A stretch of 64,000 nucleotides of DNA from Octopus sinensis (taxonomy: Eukaryota), in contig NC_043000.1 of NCBI RefSeq assembly GCF_006345805.1, forward strand, positions 57,846,001 through 57,910,000, read 5' to 3'. The notes under the pieces were generated by a model that saw only the letters and a program-made list of their open reading frames with translations, had not been told where the DNA came from and ran no database searches. Position 1 is the stretch's first letter. Every line of letters begins with the position of its first letter. The translations under genes were made by a program, and so were the position numbers. Positions 25,375 to 39,723 of the stretch are shown here, piece by piece.

Positions 25375-25680
25375 AATCATCACTTGACATCCACTTTTCC
25401 ATGGTTGCATGGGTCTAGTGGAATTTGTTAAGGCAGAATTTCTATGGCTGAATGCCTTTCCTGCTGCCAACCTTCACATAATTATAAGCAAGGTAGTATC
25501 TTCCCATCATCATTCATGTTTCTCATGGAAGATTGAAAATAAGCAACATCACTTGTATAATGGTGATGCTCATTCATGACTATCACATGGATATATATCA
25601 CATATATATGATGGGCTTCTTAAAGTTTTCATCTACCAAATAAACTCACAAGTTTTTGGTCAGCCTGAGACAATAGCAGA
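25375..25680 (-). mobile_element. RTE-tailed SINE-like repeat (further copies at ~28655, 55965, 57525, 59940)
   Basis: Shared TTTTCTATGG..ATGCC.TTCCTG.TGCCAACC..CAAGGTAATAT.T..CCATG block. Confidence 0.65.
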
Positions 25681-25773
25681 AAACATTCAAACAGTTGTGC
25701 TTATGTATGTGTATATGTATCCCTGTCTATATTACAGCCAGAGCAGTCCTTCTTATCTTTAGTAGCAGTGATG

Positions 25774-25814
<41 letters not shown>

Positions 25815-26704
25815 CCTTTCTACTAAAGGCACAAGGCCTGAAATTTTTAGGGAGGGGACTAGTCGATTACATTGAACCCAGTGCTTCACCATTAATTTAT
25901 TGACCCTGAAAAGATGAAAGGCAAAACTTGACGGAATTTGAACTCAGAATGTAGCAATGAATGAAATACTGCTAAGCATTTTGCCTGGTGTGCTAATGAT
26001 TCTACCAGTTCACTGTCTTAGTAGTAGTAGTAGTAGTAGTAGTTGTAATAGGATGATGAAGCAGAAAACAACGATGACGATGAAGACAAAGGTAAGAAGA
26101 GGAAGAGGAAGAAAGAAAGAAAGAAAGAAAGAAAGATGATTGTAGTAAACCCAATTTACTTCACCAGACATCCTAATAATAAACAACTAAACATGTTAGC
26201 AAACGAATGTACACAGATTTATAATAGACAATAAAAAGATCTTAGAAACAGAAATAGGACTTACACAAAGAATTTCCACTGGAAATAAAACAAAATAAAC
26301 TATTCATATACAAAGCACATAGACACGTACACATATGCATGCACACACACACACAGATGTACACACACACACACACACACACACACCACACACACATGGA
26401 CACACACACATGGACACACACACATGGACACACACACACAAGCCCTTCAAACACAAAGGAAATAACACACCAGAAAGAACTACAGATATAGTAGATAAGT
26501 CTTCAAAAGACAATGAAAGTAAAAAAATAAAAAATGCAATAGATAGACCATACACAAAAGAACATGCCATCAGAAGAAAACAGAAAAAGATAAACAAAGA
26601 AAGAAAAATGTAAAACTAGAACTGAGAATGATGGCAACATAAGATACCTTGGAAAGAACTGTTCAAATGTCTAGCTGCAAAATATACTTCTGGTTCTACA
26701 CATA

Positions 26705-27115
26705 GGAGCAGGTATGGCTGTAAGAAGCTTGCATCCCAACCACATGGTTCCGGGTTCAGTCCCACTGTGTGGCACATTAAGCAAGTGCTTTTTACTATAA
26801 CCTTGGGCTATTATTTACTATAATCTTTGTGAGGCAATTTGGCAGGTGGAAACTGAAAGAAGCCCATTGTATATATGTGTGTGAGTGCATGTGTGCACAT
26901 GTGTTTTCATGTTTGTGACTGTCCACCATCACTGCTTGACAACCAGTGTTGGTTTGTTTACGTCCCTATAACCTAGTGGGTTGACAAAAGAAACTGATAA
27001 AATAACTACCAGGCTTGACAAAAAATACTAGGTACTGGGGTCAATTCATTCAACAAAAAGGTCCCAGTATGGCTGCTGTCTAATGACTGAAACAAATATA
27101 AGATTACAACAAACA
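26705..27115 (+). mobile_element. tRNA-derived SINE, abundant family
   Basis: GGTTCCGGGTTCAGTCCCACTG B-box region and the shared 3' body. Confidence 0.8.
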
Positions 27116-27759
27116 GAGCCAATAAAGGAGCCCCCTATTCAGTATCTAAAACTGCTAGAAATATCAACCAAATTCTGATAAATCACATTCGACTGTTTTT
27201 AACAAGGGCATATTGAACGATGCAGTTATACAGTGGCTTTGTATGGGTTTTTACAGCCAAAACCCATACCTGTGTGCCCTGTGTGGTAAACAAACTGCTC
27301 ACCTGCTTCCTTAAACATAACATAGTTTTGACTGCAGCAAATACATACATTATATATATATATAATTCCCGAGCGTTATACTAATAGATTTGTTTGTTTT
27401 CTACACCACTTGTCTTCATCTTTTGTGTTTTTTCGTGAATTCTCCCTATATATATATATATATATATATCTTTTAAGTTCGTTTATGGGAAACATTTTGA
27501 ATATGCATGTAAAAGTTCCTATTCTATTATTCTGGCTACAGGCTAATGATGCCAACTGGCAATACCAGTTTTCTGGGGTTGCAACATAATCTACCTGATG
27601 TCCATTCATACTACACACTGTACTCTAATCATCCCAAGAATATGGACTATAATCTTAAGAAACATGTGATTTGGGGAAACATGTGTAGCAATGCATTAAA
27701 ATATTTATAAATTCCATCCAAGGATTATTATGATTATTACTATATATATATCATCATCA

Positions 27760-28165
27760 TCATCATTGTTTAACGTCCGTTTTCCGCGCTAGCACGGGTT
27801 GGACGGTTCAACCGGGGTCTGGGGAGCCAGGGGCTGCCCCAGGCTCCAGTCTGATCTGGCAGTGTTTCTACAGCTGGATGCCCTTCCTAACGCCAACCAC
27901 TCCGCGAGTGTAGTGGGTGCTTTTTACGTGCCACCTGCATAGGTGCCAGAGGGGTCTGGCATCGGCCACGATCAGTTGGTGCTTTTTTTTTTTTTTTTTG
28001 TGCTACCGGCACAGAAGCCAGTCAAGGTGGTGCTGGCATCGGTCATGTTCAGATGGTGCTTTTTATGTGCCACCGGCACAGAAGCCATTCGAGGCGGGGT
28101 TGGCATCGGTCACGTTCGGATGGTGCTTTTTATGTGCCACCGGCACAGAAGCCAGTGGAGGCTGC
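27760..28165 (-). mobile_element. RTE-tailed repeat with three ~67-bp internal modules
   Basis: GGTGCTTTTTATGTGCCACCGGCACAGAAGCCA module x3, then the tail. Confidence 0.8.
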
Positions 28166-28175
28166 ATATATATAT

Positions 28176-28221
<46 letters not shown>

Positions 28222-28248
28222 GTGTGTGTGTGTGTGGTGTGTGTGTGT

Positions 28249-28553
28249 GGAGGTGCAATGGCCCAGTGGTTAGGGCAGCGAACTTGCGGTCGTAGGATCG
28301 CGGTTTCGATTCCCAGACCGGGCATTATGAGTGTTTATTGAGTGAAAACACCTAAAAAGCTCCACGAGGCTCCGGCAGGGGGTGGTGATCCCTGCTGTAC
28401 TCTTTCACCACACTTTCTCCCACTCTTTCTTCTGTTGGCCTGCTCGCTTAGCCAGCGGGGTGGCGTCATTTGAAGGCTAAAACAATGCGAACGCATTGTG
28501 ACCAGCGATGTGTAACAACATCTGATGGTCTGTCAGTCACGTGATATTACGTG

Positions 28554-28560
<7 letters not shown>
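28249..28560 (+). mobile_element. tRNA-derived SINE (same family as 8505)
   Basis: High similarity to 8505-8806; A and B boxes present. Confidence 0.9.
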
Positions 28561-28597
<37 letters not shown>

Positions 28598-29661
28598 ATA
28601 TATATCTAGTGGTTATCCTGTATAGTCCACACTACACATAATGATCATAATCACCATCATTGTTTAATGTCTACTTTTCCATGCTTGCAAGAATCAGAAG
28701 GAATTTGCTGAGGCAGGTTTTCTGCAGCCAGATGCCCTTCCTGTTACCAACCCTCACCTGTTTCCAAGGAAGGTAATATTTCTCCATGGCCTGACATGTT
28801 TTGCATGGAAGAGTGGAAACAAAGGATGCCCCTTGTAAGATGGTGACATTTATTTACAACTATCACATGAAATTATGGCAAAAAATATTAACAGACACAC
28901 ATACACATGCATACACATACTTGTACATATACATATGTATGATGGGCTTCTTTCAGTTTCTGTCAACTAAATCTGATCACATATCTTTGGTCAGCTCAAA
29001 GTGTAGTAGAAGACACTTGCACGAGGTGCCACACAGTGGGACTGAACTTGAGACTAGAACCTAAGACCATGTAGTTGGCAAGCTAATTTCTTATCACAAA
29101 GCCATGCCTGCACCTATATCCACTGTATTATGTCCAAAGACACACACACACAAAAAGGTAAAAAAAGGGAAAAGAAAGAAGATGTTATAAGTGGAATGTC
29201 TTCAATCACAGATCTGCTTGATCAAGGTTGACTTGGGGCTAAACAACAACAGCAAACAGAATATTAGCATACAAGACTACAGAATGATCAGAATGAACAA
29301 TGAGAAAAATCTAACAGAAACCATAAAGAAAATAAGAGAGCAGACCATAATAAAATTAATCAATATGGACTGAAGAAGCTATGAATAAACAAACATTTTC
29401 AGGAAATAAAGGCCAAATACAAACAGGTTCTCTAAGAAATATTTTCTACTGTAGTAAACTAGAATATTACTCTGCTAAATAAGCTAATTTACTCAGTGAC
29501 TGCAGGATCAATCCCAATAAAGTGAATCATCAAAATAAAAAGATAAAATATAGAAAAATATAAAAAAATACAATGTTAACCCTTTTGTGATCATATTTCT
29601 AATGACATATGATCAATTAATTTTGAAATTAATCCATGATGTAGAGAAATTTAATAAAATA

Positions 29662-30165
<504 letters not shown>

Positions 30166-30559
30166 ACATTTAAAAATGGTACATCATTAAATTGATACTT
30201 GGAACATAAATGTTTCTTCCATGAAATTATGAATATTAGTATTAATTTTAATACGAACTCCCTTACAGCAAGAGATTTTGTATCAGAGAACTTAGGTACA
30301 GTGTCATGTGTGTTGGTATTGAAAGAGTTTAGGAAAGGGAAAAGAAAGCTTAACTAAAACAAGTAATCCAGGCAACAACATGCAAGAAGTGAAAGCATAA
30401 CTAAACAATCGATCCAGGCAATGACATGTAGGATAAGATGTGCTCAGAAAAAAAAAATGTGAGTGCTTCTTCTATTAGAATTAGAATTCTACTGAGACAT
30501 TAACAAAAAAAAAAAAAAAAACAAGTGAAGGAAAAAGAAGTAAAAATATCACAGAGAAA

Positions 30560-31140
30560 GATACAGTAACAACAATAGAAAACCAATTATATTGGGAGAG
30601 TGAATGGACCAGAATACAAAACATGTTAAAGAAGTACAATGGATAAAAAAAAAAGCAGGAGAAAAGAAAAAAATAGACTATAACATTATAAGTATGGTCT
30701 AGCATAACTAGTGGGGAATTTACTAATACAATCAAGACTGCTAGCAACAAGAAGGTTGTCATTACTGATAAAGTACTCAATTTGTGGTTAATGTACTTAA
30801 TAAGTAGACAACAAACTATAACAATAGCATTCAGTGAATTACTAAAGAGATGAGAGCCAACACCAGAAAGGTTATTAAAAGGAAAAAAATACCAATTTCC
30901 CCAATACAAAAATATCAGAAACCCCTAAAACTACAGATCAACAACTTATATATCCATAATATATAAAGTCCTGACATCTATACTCTCTAACAGGATGACT
31001 GCTTATAATATATAATAATAACTTATCAGAAAGGCAGGGTGTTGAAAGGAGATGTATGAATGTAAAGAACCAGTACTGGTAAATCAGAGCAGATACTGAA
31101 AATAGCTGGGGGAGAGAAAATTGAAGCATGGCATGGATTG
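30560..31140 (+). mobile_element. Highly decayed LINE RT relic
   Basis: Scattered RT-like residues only. Confidence 0.3.
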
Positions 31141-31844
31141 ATTACTTAAAAACCTTCAGTAGTATAACACATTTCTAGATACTGTAAGATATAAAACCAA
31201 AATTTCTCCATAGGGGGAATTTTTGCCTGTATGAGGAATTTTTCAGACTGTTCCCGCCACTCTCTTGTTTGTCTTTATCTCAAACAAATTGGTTGAACTA
31301 ATCTACTAACAACTACAAATGCTATGCATGACAGCATGCCAAAAATGGACCCTCAGTATGGCTACTCAACTTGCTAGAAATTGCATGTAAATCTCTCTCA
31401 AATCACATTCTATCACTTTACAGATAAAATAATGTATTCCTAAATACTCTGTGTGGAACATCTTTGGTTATAGGTCTCCTGAATCAAGTCTGCACTTGAT
31501 TCAGTTAAATATTAACATCACCACTATGGATAAATTATAAACCTGCTCATTTATATGGAGGGTTTTAAACTGTATGCAAAGAGACAATACTCAGTCAATA
31601 AACTATATGGATTCAGAAGTGTTATAGAAATGTTTGTAGGATTAAACAAATAAAGCTACTCTAAGAAGCAAATTGATTAATATTCAGTTATACCTATAGA
31701 CAGACAACAGAGAACAGTACAGAACAGAACCTATATCAGACCTAAGGTGACATGATAGAACTGCACACATTTCAGGAATACAAAGATACAACCAGGTAGT
31801 GCAGCGTAAAAAGATCAGTAAGTTGAAAAAATAAAGACATGCAT

Positions 31845-32525
<681 letters not shown>

Positions 32526-33022
32526 AACAAGTAAAAGATGAAAGATCCTTGCATATCAATAAAAATTTTGAGGAAAAAAAAAACAAAACAAAAGCCATAG
32601 GTACATAGAGACTTAAACAGAGTGGTAGAGTCCAGTTATGAAGCCATGTGATCTAGTTGTTAGGTTGTTGCACTCACAATTTTAAGATTGTGGTTTTGAT
32701 TACTGGGCTCGATGAAACATTGTGTTCTTCAGCAAGACACTTCATTTCACTTAGCTCCAGTGCACTCAGCTGTAAATGATTTTCAGCAATAGCTGGGAAA
32801 TTAATTTTGTGACAGACTGACATTCTGTTCAGGGGGAAAATGTTGCAATCCCAGTCATTTATATGCTATGGACAATAGGTTAAACTCCACCATATATGTT
32901 CTAGGGCTCATGACAGACCTATGGTCCAATTAACTACAAAAGAAATTTTTATAATGGATGGATGGATCAATCTGTCTGTCTATCTATCTATCTATTTATA
33001 TCTATCTATCTATCTATCTATC

Positions 33023-33078
<56 letters not shown>

Positions 33079-33435
33079 AGAGTGAGAGAGAGAGAGTTTT
33101 TGAAGCAATGTACAGATATTGTATGTTTAGAATAACAGGGTAGTCAGAATGTTGGATGATTATATATATTTTTATTCACATTTTATTTACACTTTTAGCG
33201 CATTTTTTGCTAGCATGGAAAACGGACATTAAACGATGATGATGATGGATTTGTCAAAAAGTGGTTTAAAGTTAGATTTCTTGGCCTTTTTATATATAAA
33301 AAGGGAGAAGAAAAAAGTCTTTAATTATATTAATTAATTATTTTAAAAAAAATCATAATGCATACTTATGCATGTGTGCACAAATATGAACATGTATATA
33401 TATAGATGTATTTGAGCATGTGTGTGTGTGTTTAT

Positions 33436-33481
<46 letters not shown>

Positions 33482-33539
33482 GTACGTGTGTATATATATA
33501 TATGTGTGTGTGTGTGTATACACACACACACACACACAT

Positions 33540-34260
33540 ATAAAGTCTATTCATTCTATTATTAAATCAAATTTTAGTAAATCTAGGTATGCTGGGATAT
33601 TCAATAACAAAATGATTAGATTTGGCTTTTCTGTTTTTCGTAACTTATTTACAGTTATTTCTTACTTTAACAATAGAAAACTAAATCTTTATCACAAGAA
33701 TTTAATCCCCTCTAATACTTATACTAACCCTAATTATTCAAATAGCTCTGTATATTCTACCAATGATTCCTATACTCACACAAACTCTTTCTCTATCAAC
33801 ACACATACACATAACAATAGTACGTCTAATATTAGTAACAACTGTAACTGTAGAAATCCTAACTGTGAGGTTAAAGGTAATTGTAAAATGAAAAATGTAT
33901 ATAAAGCTACCATCACATCACATGATCTCTCTAGGTTTCATTATATAGGTTGCATGCTGACCACTCTTAAAAATACATTTGATTAATCATAAATCATCTG
34001 TTAATGATCCTTGGAAAGAAAGTAATACTAGTTTATCCAAAAAGGTATGGCAACTTAAAAGAGACAACATAAATTTCTCAATTTCTTGAAATGTTGTTTC
34101 TTCTTCTCCCTCTTATAGGATTAGAAATAGAACGTGCTTTTTATGCCTTAAAGAGTCTTATATAATTATGAAAATGAACGGTTCTGTCTTAAATTCAAGA
34201 GATGAAAGAGTTTTGTCTTGTAAGCATATGTCCAAATTTCTTTTCATTAACCTTAAATAA
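33540..34260 (+). mobile_element. Penelope-like element, linker + GIY-YIG fragment
   Basis: IFNNKMIRFGFS, CNCRNPNCEVKGNCKMKNVYKATI..HYIG motifs. Confidence 0.85.
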
Positions 34261-34409
34261 TCTTGCTGATTACATCTTTGCCTTTTCTTATTAGCTCTTA
34301 TTACACTCTTAGGTTATGTGTATGTGTGTATTCTCTGTATGTGTATGTGTGAGTGTATGTACATTCTTTCTTTTGTGTGTGTATATGTGTGTGTTGTGTA
34401 TGTGTGTAT

Positions 34410-34860
34410 GTTTGTAGGGTTATGTGTGGAGACGTATAGGAGTATCTTTAAGTCTGGTGTAGTATTTTGGCTGACTTCCCTTAATGTTCATCTATCTATT
34501 TCCTTAGCTTGTTTAATGCCATCATTTATTAATAATATTGGATAATGTCTTTTGATTAGTATTGATCTGAGTTCAAGGAGTCTTCGTTCACGAGTATAGG
34601 TGTCCAAAACTATGGTACAGATTCTTTTCGCTAGATTATAAGGTACATTACTTTTTATTTGTTTGGGGTGGCATGAGTAGAATAATAGGTATTGTTTACA
34701 ATCTGTGGGTTTATAGAAGATGTCTGTTTCGATGTGGTTATTGACTATTTTGATTAGGATGTCAAGAAAAGGGAGTTGTTTACTGCTGTGCTCCATGGTG
34801 AATTGTATGTTGCTATTAATATTGTTAAGCATTATTTTGAAATCGAGGAGTTTGTCCATG
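34410..34860 (-). mobile_element. Penelope-like element of a different lineage, RT C-terminus/thumb
   Basis: LNNINSNIQFTME..LPFLDILI..TDIFYKPTD..YL..SCHP..NVPYNLAKRIC..YVSTHNP. Confidence 0.9.
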
Positions 34861-35278
34861 CTTTCATCAATAAATATCTACCACAACTCAATATGAACAC
34901 ATAACTTAATACAAAACATTATTAACCTTTCAATTAATACCACCCATACATCCCATACACCATTCACATTACAGAATTATATCTACCCTAATTGCACTAA
35001 ATCCAGAACTACTTACCTCCCTTACACATAATCTTTTTACTCAGGGACTAGTAGATCCAACACCATTCAGTAATCGGTGCACATCCAAAGCAGTGATCAG
35101 TAGAAACCGGTATGCTTTAGAATCTCTCTAACAATTCACAATAATGACTTTTATTACTTTTATTCCTACCTCAGTTCATCTAATTGTAAATATGTATTGT
35201 TACTTTTCATAAAAAGCCTTTACTTTTTTTGATTTCCAATGTGCATTTTCACTTATTTTTCTTCTTACTTTCCTTCTG

Positions 35279-35353
<75 letters not shown>

Positions 35354-35642
35354 CAACAATTGAGGGTAAAATTAATTAATTATTAATCAATTTTACCAAG
35401 TATTCAGTATGTAAAGGGACCATTTAAGGCGAATTCAAATTATTACATTATATAAAAGGGCTTAGTAAAATAAATTACTTTGCCACATACTGAACTCATT
35501 AGAAATAGCAGCTAAAAATTTTTTTTTTTTTTAAACTATTTCTAATACTTAAAGAAAATCTCTCTCATATAGTGTTTGCTCAAGTCAACTCACAAAAGTA
35601 TGAGGGTAAAAACATTAAAACATCACAAATGCAAAGGTTATT

Positions 35643-35694
35643 TGAGAACGTACGTTTCTAGATTAGTCAAATCGACATTTCTTTCGTCAGCTCA
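35643..35694 (-). ncRNA. Minimal type I hammerhead ribozyme motif (minus-strand copy)
   Basis: Exact reverse complement of 36255-36306. Confidence 0.75.
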
Positions 35695-36254
35695 GAATTC
35701 CTTGGTTCGGATTTGGGAACACTGAAAGCGGGAGCATACCCTCTCAGCTTCCTATCACTTCTGAAGATCTGCTCGGACTATCAGTGTTAGCAAATTCAAA
35801 ATATGCAAGCGAAGAATTTCTGCTCTCCCCTTTCCACCAGCGTGGGTTAAAATTAGTAAACACTTTGTTTTATCAGTATTTCTAATGAGTTCAGTATGTG
35901 GCAAAGTAATTTATTTTACTAAGCCCTTTTATATAATGTAATAATTTGAATTCGCCTTAAATGGTCCCTTTACATATTGAATACTTGGTAAAATTGATTA
36001 ATAATTAATTAATTTTACCCTCAATTGTTGAAATTATAATTCATCTCTCTCTATGTAATGTTTCGGTCTTTACTGATAAAACAAAGTGTTTACTAATTTT
36101 AACCCATGCTGGTGGAAAGGGGGGAGCAGAAATTCTTCGCTTGCATATTTTGAATTTGCTAACACTGATAGTCCGAGCAGATCTTCAGAAGTGATAGGAA
36201 GCTGAGAGGGTATGCTCCCGCTTTCAGTGTTCCCAAATCCGAACCAAGGAATTC

Positions 36255-36306
36255 TGAGCTGACGAAAGAAATGTCGATTTGACTAATCTAGAAACGTACG
36301 TTCTCA
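36255..36306 (+). ncRNA. Minimal type I hammerhead ribozyme motif
   Basis: TGAG-CTGACGA-[25-nt weak stem II]-GAAA-CGTACG-TT-CTCA: complete core, palindromic stem III, 4-bp stem I, predicted cleavage after 36302. Confidence 0.75.
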
Positions 36307-36412
36307 AATAACCTTTGCATTTGTGATGTTTTAATGTTTTTACCCTCATACTTTTGTGAGTTGACTTGAGCAAACACTATATGAGAGAGATTTTCTTTAA
36401 GTATTAGAAATA

Positions 36413-36443
<31 letters not shown>

Positions 36444-36504
36444 TTAGCTGCTATTTCTAATGAGTTCAGTATGTGGCAAAGTAATTTATTTTACTAAGCC
36501 CTTT

Positions 36505-36548
<44 letters not shown>

Positions 36549-37149
36549 GGTATGTGAGTGTATAGTGAACTCAAAAATCACTCTTTCGAAAACATTTAGA
36601 ATTTCAATAAAAAAAGTTGACCACATCCATACAACTATTCTTTAATGAATACAAAAGAATAAAAAACAAGACCTGGAACTGCAATTATAATCTTTACTGA
36701 AGAAACTCAAAAATAGCATCTGGTTTTTCAATTAAGAACCTTGTCTACTACAAAAATTTGTCCACACTCTTTACATCCCCAACATTAATGAATACAAAAA
36801 TATAAAGAAACAAGACATCAAAATGCAATTATAATTTATACTGAAGAAAGTCAAAAACAACAATTAAAACCTTGACCAATTCAAATACAAAAACTCTTTT
36901 TCCTTCCCCACCCTAAAAGGTCACTAAGTACTGAACAAACAAAAGCCAATACAAAAGCCACACCTCTTTACCCCCCCCTCCTTCTCAGAAAAAAAATTCT
37001 TCTTTCTTTTCTCTTGCTTGGCAAACCCCACAAAAAAAATTATATATAAAAAAGCCAAGAAATCTAACTTTAAACCACTTTTTGATAAATCCGATAATGG
37101 AAGAAAGCACTAAAAGTGTAAATAAAATGTAAATAAAAAATACATATAT

Positions 37150-37848
37150 AATCAACCAACATTCTGACAACCTTATTATTCTAAATATATAAAAATATTT
37201 TTCATTTTGTCTCTTCTAGTACTCTATTATTCTATCACTCTTTCGTTTTCTCCCCTTGTCCCCCTCTTGTTTTTTCTATCTTATCCTTTCTCTAATTTTT
37301 TCTCTCTCCTTCGCTGTTCTTTGTCTGTCACTCTCTTTCCCTCACTCTTCCTCCTTTGCTCTCTCATGGCTCCCATGTGACTATTGCCCATCTTTCTTTC
37401 TTTCCCTAACTTGTGTTTCTTTCTTTCCTCCTGATACAGCTGGACAAATCAGACATATTCTTGTCTGTTTCCTGTCCAAGCTTGCTTCTTCACGTTCACT
37501 ACCTCACTTCATTTAGGCTTAGCAGCCCTTCCTGTTTGTTTTCACTGTCCTGTTTTTGTTACCAATTTTGACTCTCCGCAAAATCCCAAATTTTATTTAA
37601 TTTGCTTTGTGGGAGCAACTGTTTTATCGAAGGTGTATCTTGTCAAGAAATGCTTGAAATGCAGATTAGAAAAACAGCTGACATCTGATGAAGGGTCGTT
37701 CTTTATGTTGCATGTCTTGTTTTCCATTTGTTTCCGTTGTTCGCAAAAAAAGTTCATATTCCAGCTATTCATATTTCATATTTTCATATTTTTTGTTGTT
37801 TACATTCTGTGATGTCCTGTGCCCACATATGCATACATATATATGTAA
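37150..37848 (+). mobile_element. Penelope-type pseudo-LTR with decayed hammerhead (37619-37678)
   Basis: CTGTTTT/AAAAACAG stem I, CTTG/CAAG stem II and GAAA retained; the CUGANGA core is destroyed, and a second CTGATGA occurs at 37685. Confidence 0.5.
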
Positions 37849-38719
37849 GTATGTGCAGTGAATAAACTGTCATCTAAATTATGCAAAAATGAAAATAACA
37901 CTGACATCTCATTTTAACAGATATATTTACCAAAATTACATAAAAATATCTTGAAATACTAAGGAGTAAATTTATTCAATAAAATCACCATTGGTTTCAA
38001 CCATGACCTCCAAACGACTTTGGAATCCCTGCAACTCTTCTGGATGGTCTCCTTGTTTAAGTTACTGAATGTTGCCATAATCCTTCCCCACAGTTCATCT
38101 TTGGTGTTACAAGGTGTTTTGTTGGTCTCTTGCTCAACTGTGCTCCACACATAATAATCAAGGGGGTTGCAGTCTGGGGAGTTAGGTGGCCAGATGTTAG
38201 GGGTAATGTGGTCACAGAAATTGTCTGACAGCCATGACTGGGTTCTCTTGCTTGTGTGGCATGGTGCCGAGTCCTGTTGCCAGACATAGGGTCTTCCAGC
38301 AACCACCCTCTTGATCCAGGACAGCACTACCTCCTCCAGGTACTTGATGTAAACTTCTGTGTGGAATCTGAAGCCATGTGGGAAGATGAATGGAGGCATA
38401 ATGTCGTTGTCATCAGTGATCACTCCAAACACCATGATCTTGATTGGAAGCTTGATTTTTATCACTTTCAGTACATGTCCTCAGATTGACCCTCAACACT
38501 CTGAAATGTTCATATTGGAGCTTCCAGCATGAATGCCAAGCAGTACAGCAGGTCGTTTCCAAACTTCTGCCTGAGTGAATTGTGTCATGGTACTATTTTT
38601 CTCACAGACAGTGCCCAACTTACTCTACTATACTGTGTAGTCATCAAAATCAAAAACAAACAATGTGCATACGTGAAATTAAAAATATAAAATGGCAACA
38701 ATTTACCCACTGCACCCTG
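37849..38719 (-). mobile_element. Internally deleted Tc1/mariner (maT/DD37D-like) transposon
   Basis: IMVFGVI, VWQQDSAPCH, WPPNSPDCNPLDYYVW motifs; degenerate ~28-bp TIRs (CAGGGTGCAGTGGGTAAATTG). Confidence 0.88.
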
Positions 38720-38738
38720 CATGTATGTGTATGTATAT

Positions 38739-38805
<67 letters not shown>

Positions 38806-38807
<2 letters not shown>

Positions 38808-39137
38808 ATTGTTGTATTTCGGGATAGTCTCTCTTTTTTTTTCTTTGCCAAATAAACACATGCACTATATATTTGTTCTTCACTTGTTTATTACTGTTTT
38901 TATTTTAACTCAAGTCCATTGTCTGGAAATCTTTTGTCACACATCTGTGACCTCTTCAGTGACACTTTGCATCCTTGTGTGTGTTCCTGCTCTACTTTGT
39001 CCATTCTGGTAGAATGGACAATGGATATGAGTGAAAATAAGAAGAGTAATAAACGAGTGAAGAATGAATATATAGTGTGCATGTTTATTTGGCAAAAAAC
39101 AAAAAAAAAAATTACCATCCTAAAATACAACAATATC
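38806..39137. repeat. Fold-back repeat, ~118-bp diverged arms
   Basis: 38806-38923 is inverted relative to 39017-39137; the spacer holds a decayed CTGAAGA/stem II motif on the minus strand. Confidence 0.8.
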
Positions 39138-39165
39138 TGTTGCATCACTCACTTTCACATCACAA

Positions 39166-39230
<65 letters not shown>

Positions 39231-39682
39231 CATCTCAGTAAATTGCAAGTAATGTTGGTCAATCAAACATTTTCATAACATTAGAGCTGATGTTATGAAA
39301 AATTGTCATAAAATACCCAACTGGAAAGTCCTTGTTAGAGAAGCAATGCAAGAGCTATTAGTTACAAAAAAAAAAGAGAAAGAAATTGACACACTATGAT
39401 AAGAAAATAACAAAACAAATGTTATCCTATGTGGAGAAAAACAGTTGCCAGAATAGATTGTTGTGTGCTTGAAGGGCTCTGGTCAATAATGTATCTCCCA
39501 ATAATGTAATAGTTATTATAAGACTTAACACACACACTCCAAAGCACAGCAAGCAGTGTATCAATCTCTTAATCTATTCTAATAGCAAATCTATTTGGAT
39601 GCTCTGTTATTACTTTGTGTTTTATGTATATAACTTAATTTATACTAATTAAGCAATTATGCTGAGGTACCTCATTGTTCAG

Positions 39683-39723
39683 GCTTCAAATGCTATAGGA
39701 TCACATATGCTTTTCATATTTCT
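39683..39723 (+). pseudogene. Inverted paralogue of the 23223-23263 exon with donor GT mutated to AT
   Basis: Homology spans about 39560-39775 versus 23170-23380 in inverted orientation. Confidence 0.65.

Larger units (their letters stand above)
35347..36511. mobile_element. Young non-coding fold-back insertion of PLE pseudo-LTR type (inverted copy + partial tandem)
   Basis: 35347-35878 is the reverse complement of sequence in 35877-36037 and 36071-36511, with only a few mismatches visible. Flanked by (AT)n on both sides. Confidence 0.9.

Noticed and set aside
30481-30909. 142-aa hydrophobic ORF resembling a membrane protein
   Set aside because: It is the antisense of an A-rich decayed LINE, so the hydrophobicity is compositional.
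35040-35115. Functional hammerhead (GAAACCGGTA)
   Set aside because: The CUGANGA core is not recognisable; kept only as a possible relic.
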